Origin: an uncultured Verrucomicrobiota bacterium
GTDB taxonomy: Bacteria > Verrucomicrobiota > Verrucomicrobiia > Palsa-1439
Assembly: GCA_903847335.1 (NCBI GenBank)
Contig: CAINDI010000113.1
Coordinates: 1 to 52,571, forward strand
Reading direction: 5' to 3'
DNA: 52,571 nucleotides
Each line of letters starts with the position of its first letter. Position 1 is the first letter of the stretch. Shown piece by piece: positions 28,887 through 38,467 of the stretch. The notes under the pieces are model-generated. The model had not been told where the DNA came from. It did no database searches and worked only from the letters and a program-made list of their open reading frames with translations. A program made the position numbers and the translations under genes.

Positions 28887-30271
28887 GGTGTAGTAGTTGC
28901 CGCCGGTTCATTCGTGCTAGTCACGCTGAGCGCCGGTGACCGGTGTGGTAGAAATTTTTGGACATCATTAAACGTGATGTAGAGCATAAACCCAATCAGC
29001 ACCGCCGCAAATCCGGTCGTCACGACGTGGACGAAACGCGCATTCACCGGCTTGCGGATGACGGCTTCAATGAGCGCAAAAACAATGTGACCGCCATCGA
29101 GGACCGGCAGGGGAAGTAGATTAAAAATCGCGAGATTGATGTTGAGCACCACCGCCAGCCACAAACCCCGTCGCATTCCGCCGCTGGCAAATTCGCCCCA
29201 CCAACCGCCGAGAATTCCCACCGGGCCGGCAAAACTTTTGACGGTGACGCCGGTTTGTTTGTGATGCGCAACGGCATAAACGCTGTTGCCGAGCATGTCG
29301 AGGACGTCGCTGAATTGTTCCCACGGTTTTGGACCGGGTTTAACGATTTGCTCGGTAAGTTCGACGCCAATCCGCGCGACTTTTTCCTCCGGTGCCGCAA
29401 CCGGCGTGACAGTTAGCTCGACGACTTTTCCATCGCGAAGCAGTTTGACATGCGTCAGTTTGTCGGCGCGTTTGCTGATTAATTCAATCAACTGCGCCCG
29501 ACTGAAGACCGGAACGCTTTCGATGGCGAGAAATTCGTCTCGTGACTGGATACCAGCGCGGTCAGCCGGTGAACCCGGTCGAGTGCGCACCGCCACCGGT
29601 CGGCCCGGCGGATAAAGGCCGGTCATTTTGATACCAAATTCTTTTTCGTAGGTGGTTTCAAGATTGCATTCGATTCGCTCATCGCCGCGCATGGCGACGA
29701 CATTGACATTCGGCTCCAAACTCAGCGCGACACCGGTGGCGATATCCGTCCATTTGCTGACTTCTTTGCCGTTGATTTGAATGATCCGGTCACCGGCGCG
29801 CAAGCCGGCCAATTCTTCGTGGCTGTTCGGCTCAATCCAGCCGATGACGGTTGAGTGATTCGCCGCCGGCATTCCAATTCGCCAGAGCACCGTGGCAATT
29901 ACAAATGCCAGCACCAAATTCATGAACGGCCCGGCAACCGAGACGAGAATTTTGTCGAGTGGCCGCGCTGCTGGTATTTCGGTGGTGGGTTTTTCGGTCT
30001 TACCTTCAAACGCTTCCATCGGTCCCATTTGCGGCAACATGACGTAGCCACCAAACGGTAACCACGCCACGCCATACTCGATACCAGAGCTTTTCCAACT
30101 GAAAATTCGCGGGCCGAAACCGATGAAAAATCGTTCGACAATCATCCGTCGCCGGCGCGCCATCAGATAATGGCCAAACTCATGGATGAAGATCGTTAAC
30201 CCAAAGAAAAAGATCACCAGTAGCGCTGGGTAAACATAAAGTCGCACCAAATCGAAAAATTTAAACAGCAT
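28883..30271 (-). CDS. rseP: RseP site-2 intramembrane protease with two PDZ domains
   Basis: HEFGH, PFGGYV, AGPFMN, NLLPLPVLDGG. Start moved to ATG 30271. Confidence 0.93.
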   Translation of the reverse strand: MLFKFFDLVRLYVYPALLVIFFFGLTIFIHEFGHYLMARRRRMIVERFFIGFGPRIFSWKSSGIEYGVAWLPFGGYVMLPQMGPMEAFEGKTEKPTTEIPAARPLDKILVSVAGPFMNLVLAFVIATVLWRIGMPAANHSTVIGWIEPNSHEELAGLRAGDRIIQINGKEVSKWTDIATGVALSLEPNVNVVAMRGDERIECNLETTYEKEFGIKMTGLYPPGRPVAVRTRPGSPADRAGIQSRDEFLAIESVPVFSRAQLIELISKRADKLTHVKLLRDGKVVELTVTPVAAPEEKVARIGVELTEQIVKPGPKPWEQFSDVLDMLGNSVYAVAHHKQTGVTVKSFAGPVGILGGWWGEFASGGMRRGLWLAVVLNINLAIFNLLPLPVLDGGHIVFALIEAVIRKPVNARFVHVVTTGFAAVLIGFMLYITFNDVQKFLPHRSPALSVTSTNEPAATTTP

Positions 30272-31403
30272 GTTCCGCTTCCCTTCGTGCCCAAGCATCT
30301 GCTTCGAGAATCGCATCCAATGGCGGCTGATTGACTGGCCGGTGCGCGTTCATGGTTTTTTCCACCATCGTAAAAATATCTGTAAATCGGATTTTCCCTT
30401 CGACAAATCGCGCCACAGCGACTTCGTTGGCCGCATTGAATACCGCCGGTAGCGTTCCGCCGATGCGCCCGGCGAGGTGCGCCAGTCGGAGTGATGGGAA
30501 TTTATCCTGATCCGGATTTTCAAAAGTCAGCGTTCCGATTTTTGCCAAGTCTGTCGGCGGCATCGAATTCGGTAACCGCTTCGGCCCGACGAGTGCATAT
30601 TGAATCGGGTGCCGCATATCTGGCGCGCTCAATTGCGCCAACATCGACCCATCCTGAAATTCCACCATCGAATGCACGATGCTTTGCGGATGCACCACCA
30701 CATCCACTCGGTCAATCTCGATGTCAAACAGCCACCGCGCCTCAATCATCTCCAGACCTTTGTTGAAGAGTGTCGCCGAATCAATCGTGATTTTTTGCCC
30801 CATGTTCCATGACGGATGTTTCAACGCTTGTGCCAGTGTGATGTGCTTGAAATCTTCCCGGCTCGTCTGCCGGAACGGTCCGCCCGACGCCGTCAGAATC
30901 AATCGCTTCACATCCGTCGGATTCCGGCCTTCGAGACATTGGAAAATTGCACTGTGCTCGCTGTCCACCGGTAACACTTTCACTCCGTGCTTCTTTGCCT
31001 CACTCATCACCAACTCGCCGGCCATCACCAAAATTTCCTTCGACGCCACCGCCAAATCTTTACCGGCGCGAATCGCTGCCAACGCCGGCTCCAATCCCGC
31101 CGTGCCGACAATCGCCACCAGCACAATATCTGCCTCCGGCATCGTCGCCAACTCCACTAGACCTTTTTCGCCAGTCAACACCGGTGACTGGATGCGCTGT
31201 TCCAACTCGCGCGCTTTATCTCGGTCGGTCATCGCGACGGCTTTCGGGTGAAATTGCTGAATGGCCTTTTCCATTCCGGCCACATTTTCGCGCGATGCCA
31301 TGCCGACGATGCGCACATAGTCCGGCAAATCCGCCGCGACTTTTTGCGTGCTGACGCCAATCGAGCCAGTCGCGCCAAGGAGAACGATGTTTTTAGGTTT
31401 CAT
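30261..31403 (-). CDS. dxr: 1-deoxy-D-xylulose-5-phosphate reductoisomerase
   Basis: LGATGSIG, LPVDSEHSAIFQ, LTASGGPF, HPSWNMGQKITIDSATLFNKGLE, NAANE. Start at ATG 31403. Confidence 0.97.
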   Translation of the reverse strand: MKPKNIVLLGATGSIGVSTQKVAADLPDYVRIVGMASRENVAGMEKAIQQFHPKAVAMTDRDKARELEQRIQSPVLTGEKGLVELATMPEADIVLVAIVGTAGLEPALAAIRAGKDLAVASKEILVMAGELVMSEAKKHGVKVLPVDSEHSAIFQCLEGRNPTDVKRLILTASGGPFRQTSREDFKHITLAQALKHPSWNMGQKITIDSATLFNKGLEMIEARWLFDIEIDRVDVVVHPQSIVHSMVEFQDGSMLAQLSAPDMRHPIQYALVGPKRLPNSMPPTDLAKIGTLTFENPDQDKFPSLRLAHLAGRIGGTLPAVFNAANEVAVARFVEGKIRFTDIFTMVEKTMNAHRPVNQPPLDAILEADAWARREAEHAV

Positions 31404-31491
31404 CTGAGCACGCGGACAATACCGGCGAAGTGGAACAATCTCAAGTGTTTCTCGCTTGACCGGCTCGCCGCTTGCCGGATACTGGCGGCGC

Positions 31492-33177
31492 ATGCTGCGA
31501 AGCAAACTTTGGTGGTTCGTGTTGCCGGTGCTGACAGTCTTGCTGTTCAGCCCGGTTTACCGTGCTACTTTCGTGTACGACGACTCGGATTTTGTCGTCG
31601 AAAACCCGTTGTTGAATGCGCCACACCTCGACGTGGTTGCGGTTTTCACCACGTCGTATCCACCGCAACATCCGGAGCAAAAACTCTACCGGCCGCTGGT
31701 GATATTATCCTACGCGCTCGACAAAGCTGTGACCGGCAAACCAGCCGGCTTTCACGTGACCAACGTGCTCTGGCATCTGGCAGTGGCGACAATGCTGGTG
31801 CTTTTGCTCCGGCAACTCGGCACGCCAGCCACCGGTGCGCTACTGGCAGCGGTAGCATTTTTTGCGTGGCATCCATTGACGACAGAATCCGTGGCGTGGG
31901 TGGCCGGGCGAGCGGAATTAATGGCGGCATTTTTTGTGTTGGCGTCGCTGATTGCATTTATTCGTAACCGGCCGGTACTCGCCGGGCTGGCGTTTGCAGC
32001 AGCGTTGTTGTGCAAGGAAAGCGCGATTATGACACCGGCTTTAGCGGTATTGCTTGCGTGGCGGTGGCCGGCGAAACGCCGGTGGCAATTGTGGGCCGGT
32101 TACGCCGGCATCGCGCTGGCGTATCTGGCGTGGCGACAATATCTCTTTGCCGGCGTGCGACTGGAACAAGTGGCGTTCAACGGTTTCGCCGACGCGTGGA
32201 CGCAACGGCTCGTCGCCGGTAAAGTTTTACTCCGGTACCTTGGATTGGCGTTCGTGCCGTACCGGCAATCGGTGTTTCACGATGTCCAAGTCGAAACTTT
32301 CCGCAGTGCGCTGGCGGTGGTGTTGCTCGCCGGCGTGACGATGTGGTTGTGGTGGCGGCGTGACCGGTATCCGAATTTGGTTTTGGGTTGGGCGTGGTTT
32401 TTCGTGGCGTTGCTGCCGGTTTCAAACTTGATTTTACCCATCGGTAGCGTGATGGCGGAACGATTTACTTATTTGCCATTAATCGGCATGAGTCTGGTGC
32501 TGGCCGGAATGCGTGGCCGCTGGTGGCCGGTGATTTTGGCGTTGGTCTTGATTCATCACGCCGGTAAAACTTGGGCGCGGTGCTGGGATTGGCAGACGGA
32601 CCGGAAATTGTGGAGCAGCGCGGCGCAAGTCGAGCCGGCTTCGTTTTTACCACCGGCGCAACTTGGTTTCGCAGCGCTGGCAGAGAATGACCGACCGGCG
32701 GCAGTTGCGGCATTTGACCGGGCGTTGGAGTTGTTGGCGACACAGCCGGTAAAACTCCGGGAGAAATTTGAGCCGCGCATCCGCATCGCACAAACCGGCG
32801 CGGAATTGGAATTGGTGTATTCACTCGCTCGGCAACACCGGTTGGCTGAGGCGCAGGCCGGTTATTTGAAAATCTTGCGCCGGCATCCCGGCGATGTGTG
32901 GGCGCGCCGGGCATTGGCCGATTGTCAATTGGAGCGACGCGATTTTGCTGCGGCAGCGGTCGGGTTGACGGAATTGGTCCGGGAGTTTCCGAGCGATGCG
33001 CGGTTGCGAGCAAAATTTGGGAGTGCGTTGAGTCAGACTGGGCGGATTGCGGAAGCGTGTCAGCAATTGGAGCGAGCGGTGGAGTTGGATCCCGGTACGG
33101 CGATGTACCGGCAGCATTTAGCAGTGTTACGCGAGCACCAAGCGCATGTAGATGTAGAGCAGCGGCGCGGTGAATAG
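31492..33177 (+). CDS. TMTC-like GT-C membrane glycosyltransferase with TPRs, paralog 2
   Basis: FVYDD, LYRPL, HPLTTESVAWVAGRAEL, CKESA, LLPVSNL, MAERFTYLP, DW, then TPRs. Confidence 0.8.
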   Translation: MLRSKLWWFVLPVLTVLLFSPVYRATFVYDDSDFVVENPLLNAPHLDVVAVFTTSYPPQHPEQKLYRPLVILSYALDKAVTGKPAGFHVTNVLWHLAVATMLVLLLRQLGTPATGALLAAVAFFAWHPLTTESVAWVAGRAELMAAFFVLASLIAFIRNRPVLAGLAFAAALLCKESAIMTPALAVLLAWRWPAKRRWQLWAGYAGIALAYLAWRQYLFAGVRLEQVAFNGFADAWTQRLVAGKVLLRYLGLAFVPYRQSVFHDVQVETFRSALAVVLLAGVTMWLWWRRDRYPNLVLGWAWFFVALLPVSNLILPIGSVMAERFTYLPLIGMSLVLAGMRGRWWPVILALVLIHHAGKTWARCWDWQTDRKLWSSAAQVEPASFLPPAQLGFAALAENDRPAAVAAFDRALELLATQPVKLREKFEPRIRIAQTGAELELVYSLARQHRLAEAQAGYLKILRRHPGDVWARRALADCQLERRDFAAAAVGLTELVREFPSDARLRAKFGSALSQTGRIAEACQQLERAVELDPGTAMYRQHLAVLREHQAHVDVEQRRGE

Positions 33178-34023
33178 AAAACTGTCGAGCATGTCGAGCG
33201 CGCCGCCGTGACCCGGTAAAATGTCGCTGGAATCTTTGACGTTGGCTTCACGTTTGATGAGCGATTCGGCGAGATCGCCAATGACCGCCGCTGTGCCGAG
33301 CAGGAGACCGATGGCGAGCGCGTGGGTGAGATTCATACCGGAGGCGACGATGCCGGTGCTGAGTTGGCGCGGCCAGTATAAACACATCACGGCGCCGCCG
33401 ACAGCGAAGGCGAGACCGCCGATGGTGCCTTCCCAAGTTTTCTTCGGGCTGATGCGCGGAATCATTTTGTGCCGGCCCAGCGTGGAGCCGACGAGGTAGG
33501 CGCCCATGTCGGTGAACTTTGTGACGACCACGAGCAGCATGACGAAATACCGGCCGTTCACGTCGGCGAAGTTGATGCGGGTGATGAAATTGCCGAGCCA
33601 CGCGACGTAAATGAGGCCGAACAGCGTGATCGCCATTGTCTCGATACCGGCGGGATTTGTTTTTTCCGGGAATTGCCGGATGAAAACGCCGAGCGCGAAG
33701 ACGAGCAGAATCAGGATGTCAAAATCATAGGACAACTCCAGTCGTTTAGTCTGCCGGTAGAAAAACCAGCTACCGGAAATCATCACCACCGTGCCGATGA
33801 CGCCCCAGATTTTGTAGGAGCGCAAACCTTTCGCTTCGCAAATCCGGTAAAACTCCCAGATCGCGCGGGCGATGAAGAGATTCATGAACAAGTAGAGTGC
33901 TGTTGGTGGAAGCCAAAAAATGACCGCCAACATGATACCCCACAAGACGAGCGAGCTAATTAGCCGCCAGCCGAAGCCGGAGCGCGGATTCACACTGGTG
34001 ACGGTTTGGATCGGTTCGCTCAT
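33127..34023 (-). CDS. cdsA: Phosphatidate cytidylyltransferase
   Basis: DMGAYLVG, ISPKKTWEG, GDLAESLIKREANVKDS, PGHGGALDMLDS. Confidence 0.95.
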   Translation of the reverse strand: MSEPIQTVTSVNPRSGFGWRLISSLVLWGIMLAVIFWLPPTALYLFMNLFIARAIWEFYRICEAKGLRSYKIWGVIGTVVMISGSWFFYRQTKRLELSYDFDILILLVFALGVFIRQFPEKTNPAGIETMAITLFGLIYVAWLGNFITRINFADVNGRYFVMLLVVVTKFTDMGAYLVGSTLGRHKMIPRISPKKTWEGTIGGLAFAVGGAVMCLYWPRQLSTGIVASGMNLTHALAIGLLLGTAAVIGDLAESLIKREANVKDSSDILPGHGGALDMLDSFLFTAPLLYIYMRLVLA

Positions 34024-34751
34024 TTTGCTTTGGGCGGATTGACGAGGCCAAACCGGCGGCTGCGTTGACTGTAATCTTCCAATGCTTTCAGCAATTCTGG
34101 TTTACGGAAGTCCGGCCAGAGTACTTCGGTCACGTACATTTCGGCGTAGGAAATTTGCCAGAGGAGAAAATTGCTAATCCGCATTTCGCCGCTGGTGCGA
34201 ATCAGTAAATCTGGGTCCGGGATGCTACCGGTATAAAGATTTCGCGCAATGACCACTTCATCAATGTCCGCAATTTCGAGGTGACCGGCTTTCACTTCAC
34301 GAGCGATGCCGCGCATCGCGTCCACGATTTCTGCTCGGCCGCCGTAGCTCAACGCCAGCACGAGCGTCATTCCGGTATTCTTGCTGAGCGTCTCGATGCT
34401 TTTGTTTAATTGTTTTTGCGCGCTCGCCGGTAGGTCATGGGTGCGGCCGATGACCGCGAGCCGGACGTTATTCGAATTCAGCTCCGGGATTTCTTGTTTG
34501 AGAAAAAATTCCAAGAGGTACATCAGCGCTGCGACTTCGGTGCGCGGACGTTTCCAATTTTCCGAAGAGAAAGCGTACAGTGTCAGATATTCCACGCCGA
34601 GTTCGCTACAGGAGCGCACCATGGCGCGGACACTTTCCATTCCGATGCGATGACCTTCAGCGCGCGGCAGGCCGCGTTGCTTAGCCCAGCGACCGTTGCC
34701 ATCCATGATGATGGCAATGTGCCGGGGAATGTTTTGGGACGGTTGGGTCAC
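34020..34751 (-). CDS. uppS: Undecaprenyl diphosphate synthase
   Basis: HIAIIMDGNGRWA, YAFSSENWKRP, YGGR, DLLIRTSGEMRISNFLLWQ, RRFG. Confidence 0.97.
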   Translation of the reverse strand: MTQPSQNIPRHIAIIMDGNGRWAKQRGLPRAEGHRIGMESVRAMVRSCSELGVEYLTLYAFSSENWKRPRTEVAALMYLLEFFLKQEIPELNSNNVRLAVIGRTHDLPASAQKQLNKSIETLSKNTGMTLVLALSYGGRAEIVDAMRGIAREVKAGHLEIADIDEVVIARNLYTGSIPDPDLLIRTSGEMRISNFLLWQISYAEMYVTEVLWPDFRKPELLKALEDYSQRSRRFGLVNPPKAK

Positions 34752-36019
34752 AGGAAAATAGTTTCGGCCCGGCGCGGGCCAACACTGACGATCCCGAGCT
34801 TAGTGCCGCTGAGTTGCGCGAGCTTGTTTAGATAGAGCCGCGCTTTTTTCGGCAGGTCATCGAAATTACGAACGAGCTTGGTCGAGGTTTGCCAGCCGTC
34901 GAATTCTTGATAGACCGGTTTGCAATGCAGCAAGGCGTCCACATCGGCCGGAACGGTTTCAACGAGCTTGCCGTCGAGCTTATAGGCAACGCAAACTTTG
35001 ATTTTCGGCAACGTGTCGAGCACATCCATTTTGGTGACGGCGAGTTCGTCAATGCCGTTCAACATCACGGAAAACCGGGTGGCCACGGCGTCGAACCAAC
35101 CGCACCGGCGCGGGCGACCGGTGGTGGCGCCGAATTCTTTGCCGGTCTCGCGGAGCATTGCGCCGCTGGCGTCGAGCAGTTCTGTCGGGAATGGACCTTC
35201 GCCGACGCGGGTGGTGTACGCTTTCATCACGCCGACCACGCGGCCAATCCGATGCGGCGGAATACCGGAACCAGCGCAAGCGCCACCGGCGGTGGTGTTG
35301 GAACTGGTGACAAATGGATAAGTGCCGAAATCAATATCGAGCAATGTGCCTTGCGCGCCTTCGAGGAGAATTTGGCGTCCGTCGCGTTCGTACCGGTTGA
35401 GCAATGTCACGGTGTCGGCAATGTGCCGGCGCAATTTCTTGGCCGCGGCGAGATATTCGGCGTTGATTTTGGCGAAGCTCAATGGTTTCGCGCCGAAGGT
35501 GCGGGCGATTTCGTTGGTCTCGCGAACTTTGCGGCGGAGTTTTTCGGAGAAGCTCGCCGGTGAGAGTAAATCGACGACGCGGATGCCGGTGCGTCCGACT
35601 TTGTCGGAATACGCCGGGCCGATGCCGCGTTTGGTGGTGCCGATTTTGCCTTTACCTTTTTGTTCTTCGCGCAGGGCGTCGAGCAACCGGTGGTATGGAA
35701 GAACGAGATTGGCGCGGTCGCTGACGAGGAGATTGCCGTTGATGGCAATGCCGCGCGCTTGGAGGTGGTTGATTTCTTCCAGCAAGGCGAGCGGGTCGAC
35801 GACGACGCCGTTGCCGATGACGTTCAGCTTGCCGGGGTAAAGAATACCGGAGGGAACGAGGTGGAGAACGTATTTCTCGTTGCCGACCTCGACGGTGTGC
35901 CCGGCGTTGTTGCCGCCCTGATACCGGACGACAACGTCGGCCTGCTCGGTCAAGACGTCAATGATTTTGCCTTTGCCTTCATCGCCCCATTGGGCGCCAA
36001 CTAAAACAGTGGTTGCCAT
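34748..36019 (-). CDS. purA: Adenylosuccinate synthetase
   Basis: GAQWGDEGKGK, GGNNAGHT, IGTTKRGIGPAY, EGAQG, GATTGRPRRCGW. Start at ATG 36019. Confidence 0.97.
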   Translation of the reverse strand: MATTVLVGAQWGDEGKGKIIDVLTEQADVVVRYQGGNNAGHTVEVGNEKYVLHLVPSGILYPGKLNVIGNGVVVDPLALLEEINHLQARGIAINGNLLVSDRANLVLPYHRLLDALREEQKGKGKIGTTKRGIGPAYSDKVGRTGIRVVDLLSPASFSEKLRRKVRETNEIARTFGAKPLSFAKINAEYLAAAKKLRRHIADTVTLLNRYERDGRQILLEGAQGTLLDIDFGTYPFVTSSNTTAGGACAGSGIPPHRIGRVVGVMKAYTTRVGEGPFPTELLDASGAMLRETGKEFGATTGRPRRCGWFDAVATRFSVMLNGIDELAVTKMDVLDTLPKIKVCVAYKLDGKLVETVPADVDALLHCKPVYQEFDGWQTSTKLVRNFDDLPKKARLYLNKLAQLSGTKLGIVSVGPRRAETIFL

Positions 36020-36090
36020 AACTGGCGCACGATACCCGAACCGTGAAGCTGCTGGCAAGCGACAAGAATACACGATTTCGGAAATCTATC

Positions 36091-36118
36091 TTGTCAATTG
36101 GATGTTTGGCGGTATGCT
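36091..36118 (+). promoter_or_regulatory. Sigma70-type promoter of the sugar-transferase gene
   Basis: TTGTCA-N16-TATGCT. Confidence 0.55.
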
Positions 36119-36175
36119 AAATCCGTGGATGTGAGAATAATTAGGAGCAGGCGAATCAGGTTTACCGAATAATTT

Positions 36176-37615
36176 ATGTTACTTTCTCGACATACTCGAA
36201 TGCCTCGCAGCAAGGTGTATTTAGTGCTGAGCGATAGCGTATTCACTGCGGTGGCAATGTTGATCTCGGTCGTCCTCCGGTTGGGTTACGATAACGGCTT
36301 AGCTTATTTCGATATTCACTGGCGCGCCGTTGTCATCTCGTGGGTTTTCTTTGGGTTGTCGTATTACGTCACCGGATTGTATGACACGGAACGACTGCAT
36401 CAAATCGGTCGTACGCTAATCGGAGTCGTCGTGGCGGTCGGTGCCGGGATGATTTTGATGATGGCGTTTTTCTACGCGACGCTTTCATCGGAGCTGATTG
36501 GCCGTGGAATTTTCGCCGGGTACGGATTGTTTGTTTTTGCAGCGGTCTTGCTGACGCGCTTAATCTATCTCGGTGCTAGCCGGCGTGGAATGATGGCGCA
36601 ACGGTGCTTAATCATTGGCACGGAAGGCGAGGCGCGGAAGGTAATTGAATTGGTGGCCGGTTGCGGCCGCGCGGATATTCGGATTCTGGGTTTAATTCAT
36701 TGCGGCCGCGAACAAGAAAAAGTCGGTAAATTTATCGGTGACTATCCAATTCTCGGCACGCTCGAATCAGTAGAGCGCTTTATCGAACTTTACGATGTTG
36801 AACGTCTGATTATTGCCGCTTCGACAGAATCCGAACCGGACTTGCTGCGCCGGCTGCGCGCCTTCCGGTACCATGGAATGGCATTGGTGGATTTCGTTTC
36901 GCTGTACGAAGAATTGGCGCAGGAAATTCCCATTGATCACATCAACGATGAATGGCTCTTCCACGCCTCGATGAATAATTCGCGTATTCATATTCGCCGC
37001 ATCAAACGCCTGACGGATATTTTGGTGGCAATGTTAGGTTTGGCGCTGACGTGGTGGTTGATGTTGTTGACCGCGTTATTGGTTAAAATTACCTCCAAAG
37101 GTCCGGTCTTGTTCCGGCAGGAACGTCTCGGTCGCGACAGCCGGCCGTTCATGCTCATGAAATTCCGAACGATGCGTGAAGATGCCGAAAGCCTGACCGG
37201 TCCAGTCTGGGCGACTGAAAACGATCCGCGTGTGACTTCGGTTGGCCGGTGGTTCCGCAAATTCCGGCTCGACGAACTACCGCAGCTCTTCAATGTTCTC
37301 CGTGGCGACATGAGCTTGGTCGGTCCGCGTCCGGAGCGCGCCGTCTTCATCAAAAAACTCGCCGAAGAATTGCCGTTCTATTCCGAACGCTTGCTGGTAC
37401 CACCGGGAATTACCGGTTGGGCGCAAGTCATGGCGCCGTACGCCGCCAGTATTGAAGATTCCAGGCGCAAACTTCAGTTTGACCTTTATTACATCAAGCA
37501 CATGTCGCTTTTTCTCGACCTACTGATTTGCATTCGGACTGCTCGCACGATGCTCTTTGGTCGTGAGCGGACGAAACCGGTGTATGCCGGTATCTCGAAT
37601 AATCCACCGGCATAA
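36176..37615 (+). CDS. Priming undecaprenyl-phosphate glycosylphosphotransferase (WcaJ/EpsB-like)
   Basis: Four N-terminal TMs, a CoA-binding-like middle domain, KFRTM, DPRVT, RLDELPQ, MSLVGPRPE, PGITGWAQV, DLYYI. Confidence 0.9.
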   Translation: MLLSRHTRMPRSKVYLVLSDSVFTAVAMLISVVLRLGYDNGLAYFDIHWRAVVISWVFFGLSYYVTGLYDTERLHQIGRTLIGVVVAVGAGMILMMAFFYATLSSELIGRGIFAGYGLFVFAAVLLTRLIYLGASRRGMMAQRCLIIGTEGEARKVIELVAGCGRADIRILGLIHCGREQEKVGKFIGDYPILGTLESVERFIELYDVERLIIAASTESEPDLLRRLRAFRYHGMALVDFVSLYEELAQEIPIDHINDEWLFHASMNNSRIHIRRIKRLTDILVAMLGLALTWWLMLLTALLVKITSKGPVLFRQERLGRDSRPFMLMKFRTMREDAESLTGPVWATENDPRVTSVGRWFRKFRLDELPQLFNVLRGDMSLVGPRPERAVFIKKLAEELPFYSERLLVPPGITGWAQVMAPYAASIEDSRRKLQFDLYYIKHMSLFLDLLICIRTARTMLFGRERTKPVYAGISNNPPA

Positions 37616-37627
37616 TTTTCGATTCCC

Positions 37628-38467
37628 TTGAAAGAATATCTCGACCTCGTCAACTTAGTTTTAGCCAATGGTACGCTCAAAAAGAGCCGCACCGGTATCG
37701 ACACCATTTCCTATTTCGGCGCGCATTACCGGGTGAATCTGGCGAATGGATTTCCGTTGCTCACCACCAAAGAAATCGTCTGGAACTCGTTGCTCCATGA
37801 ATTGCTCTGGTATCTCTCCGGTGAAGACCACATTCGCAATCTCCGGCAACACACCAAAATTTGGGACGCGTGGGCTGACGAAGCCGGTAATCTCGATACC
37901 GCCTATGGCCGGTACTGGCGGCGTTTTCCGCATCCGTACCGGGACAAAGACGGTCACTGGCAAGTCCGGGAAGTTGACCAAATCCAATTTGTTCTCGACA
38001 CACTCCGCACCGAACCGACCAGCCGCCGGATGGTTGTCACCGCGTGGGAACCCGGCAACGCGACAACCAGCAAGTTGCCGCCGTGCCATTACAGCTATGT
38101 TTTCAATGTTCAAGATGGTCGGCTCAATTGCCATCTCACGCAACGCAGCGGCGACATCGCGCTCGGAATTCCATTCAATCTCGCGTGCTACGCCACGCTC
38201 ACACAAATCATTGCCGAACAAGTCGGCCTCGCCGTCGGCTGGTTTAGTCACACTATCGTGGATGCGCACATCTACACCGCCGCCTCCGGTAGTGGCAAAG
38301 AAGAATACGATCATGTCCCCGGTCTGCGTGAACAACTGAAGCGCGTGCCGGGACCGTTGCCCCGGCTGATTATCGCAAAGAAAGCGTTACCGGAACTCAA
38401 GTTTGAAGATTTCAGCATCGAAGGGTACCGGTCGCAGCCGCGCATCAAATTCAAAGTCGCCGTATGA
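37628..38467 (+). CDS. thyA: Thymidylate synthase
   Basis: RTGID, FPLLTTK, ELLW, SRRMVV, LPPCH, QRSGD, PFN, HIY. TTG start. Confidence 0.96.
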   Translation: MKEYLDLVNLVLANGTLKKSRTGIDTISYFGAHYRVNLANGFPLLTTKEIVWNSLLHELLWYLSGEDHIRNLRQHTKIWDAWADEAGNLDTAYGRYWRRFPHPYRDKDGHWQVREVDQIQFVLDTLRTEPTSRRMVVTAWEPGNATTSKLPPCHYSYVFNVQDGRLNCHLTQRSGDIALGIPFNLACYATLTQIIAEQVGLAVGWFSHTIVDAHIYTAASGSGKEEYDHVPGLREQLKRVPGPLPRLIIAKKALPELKFEDFSIEGYRSQPRIKFKVAV

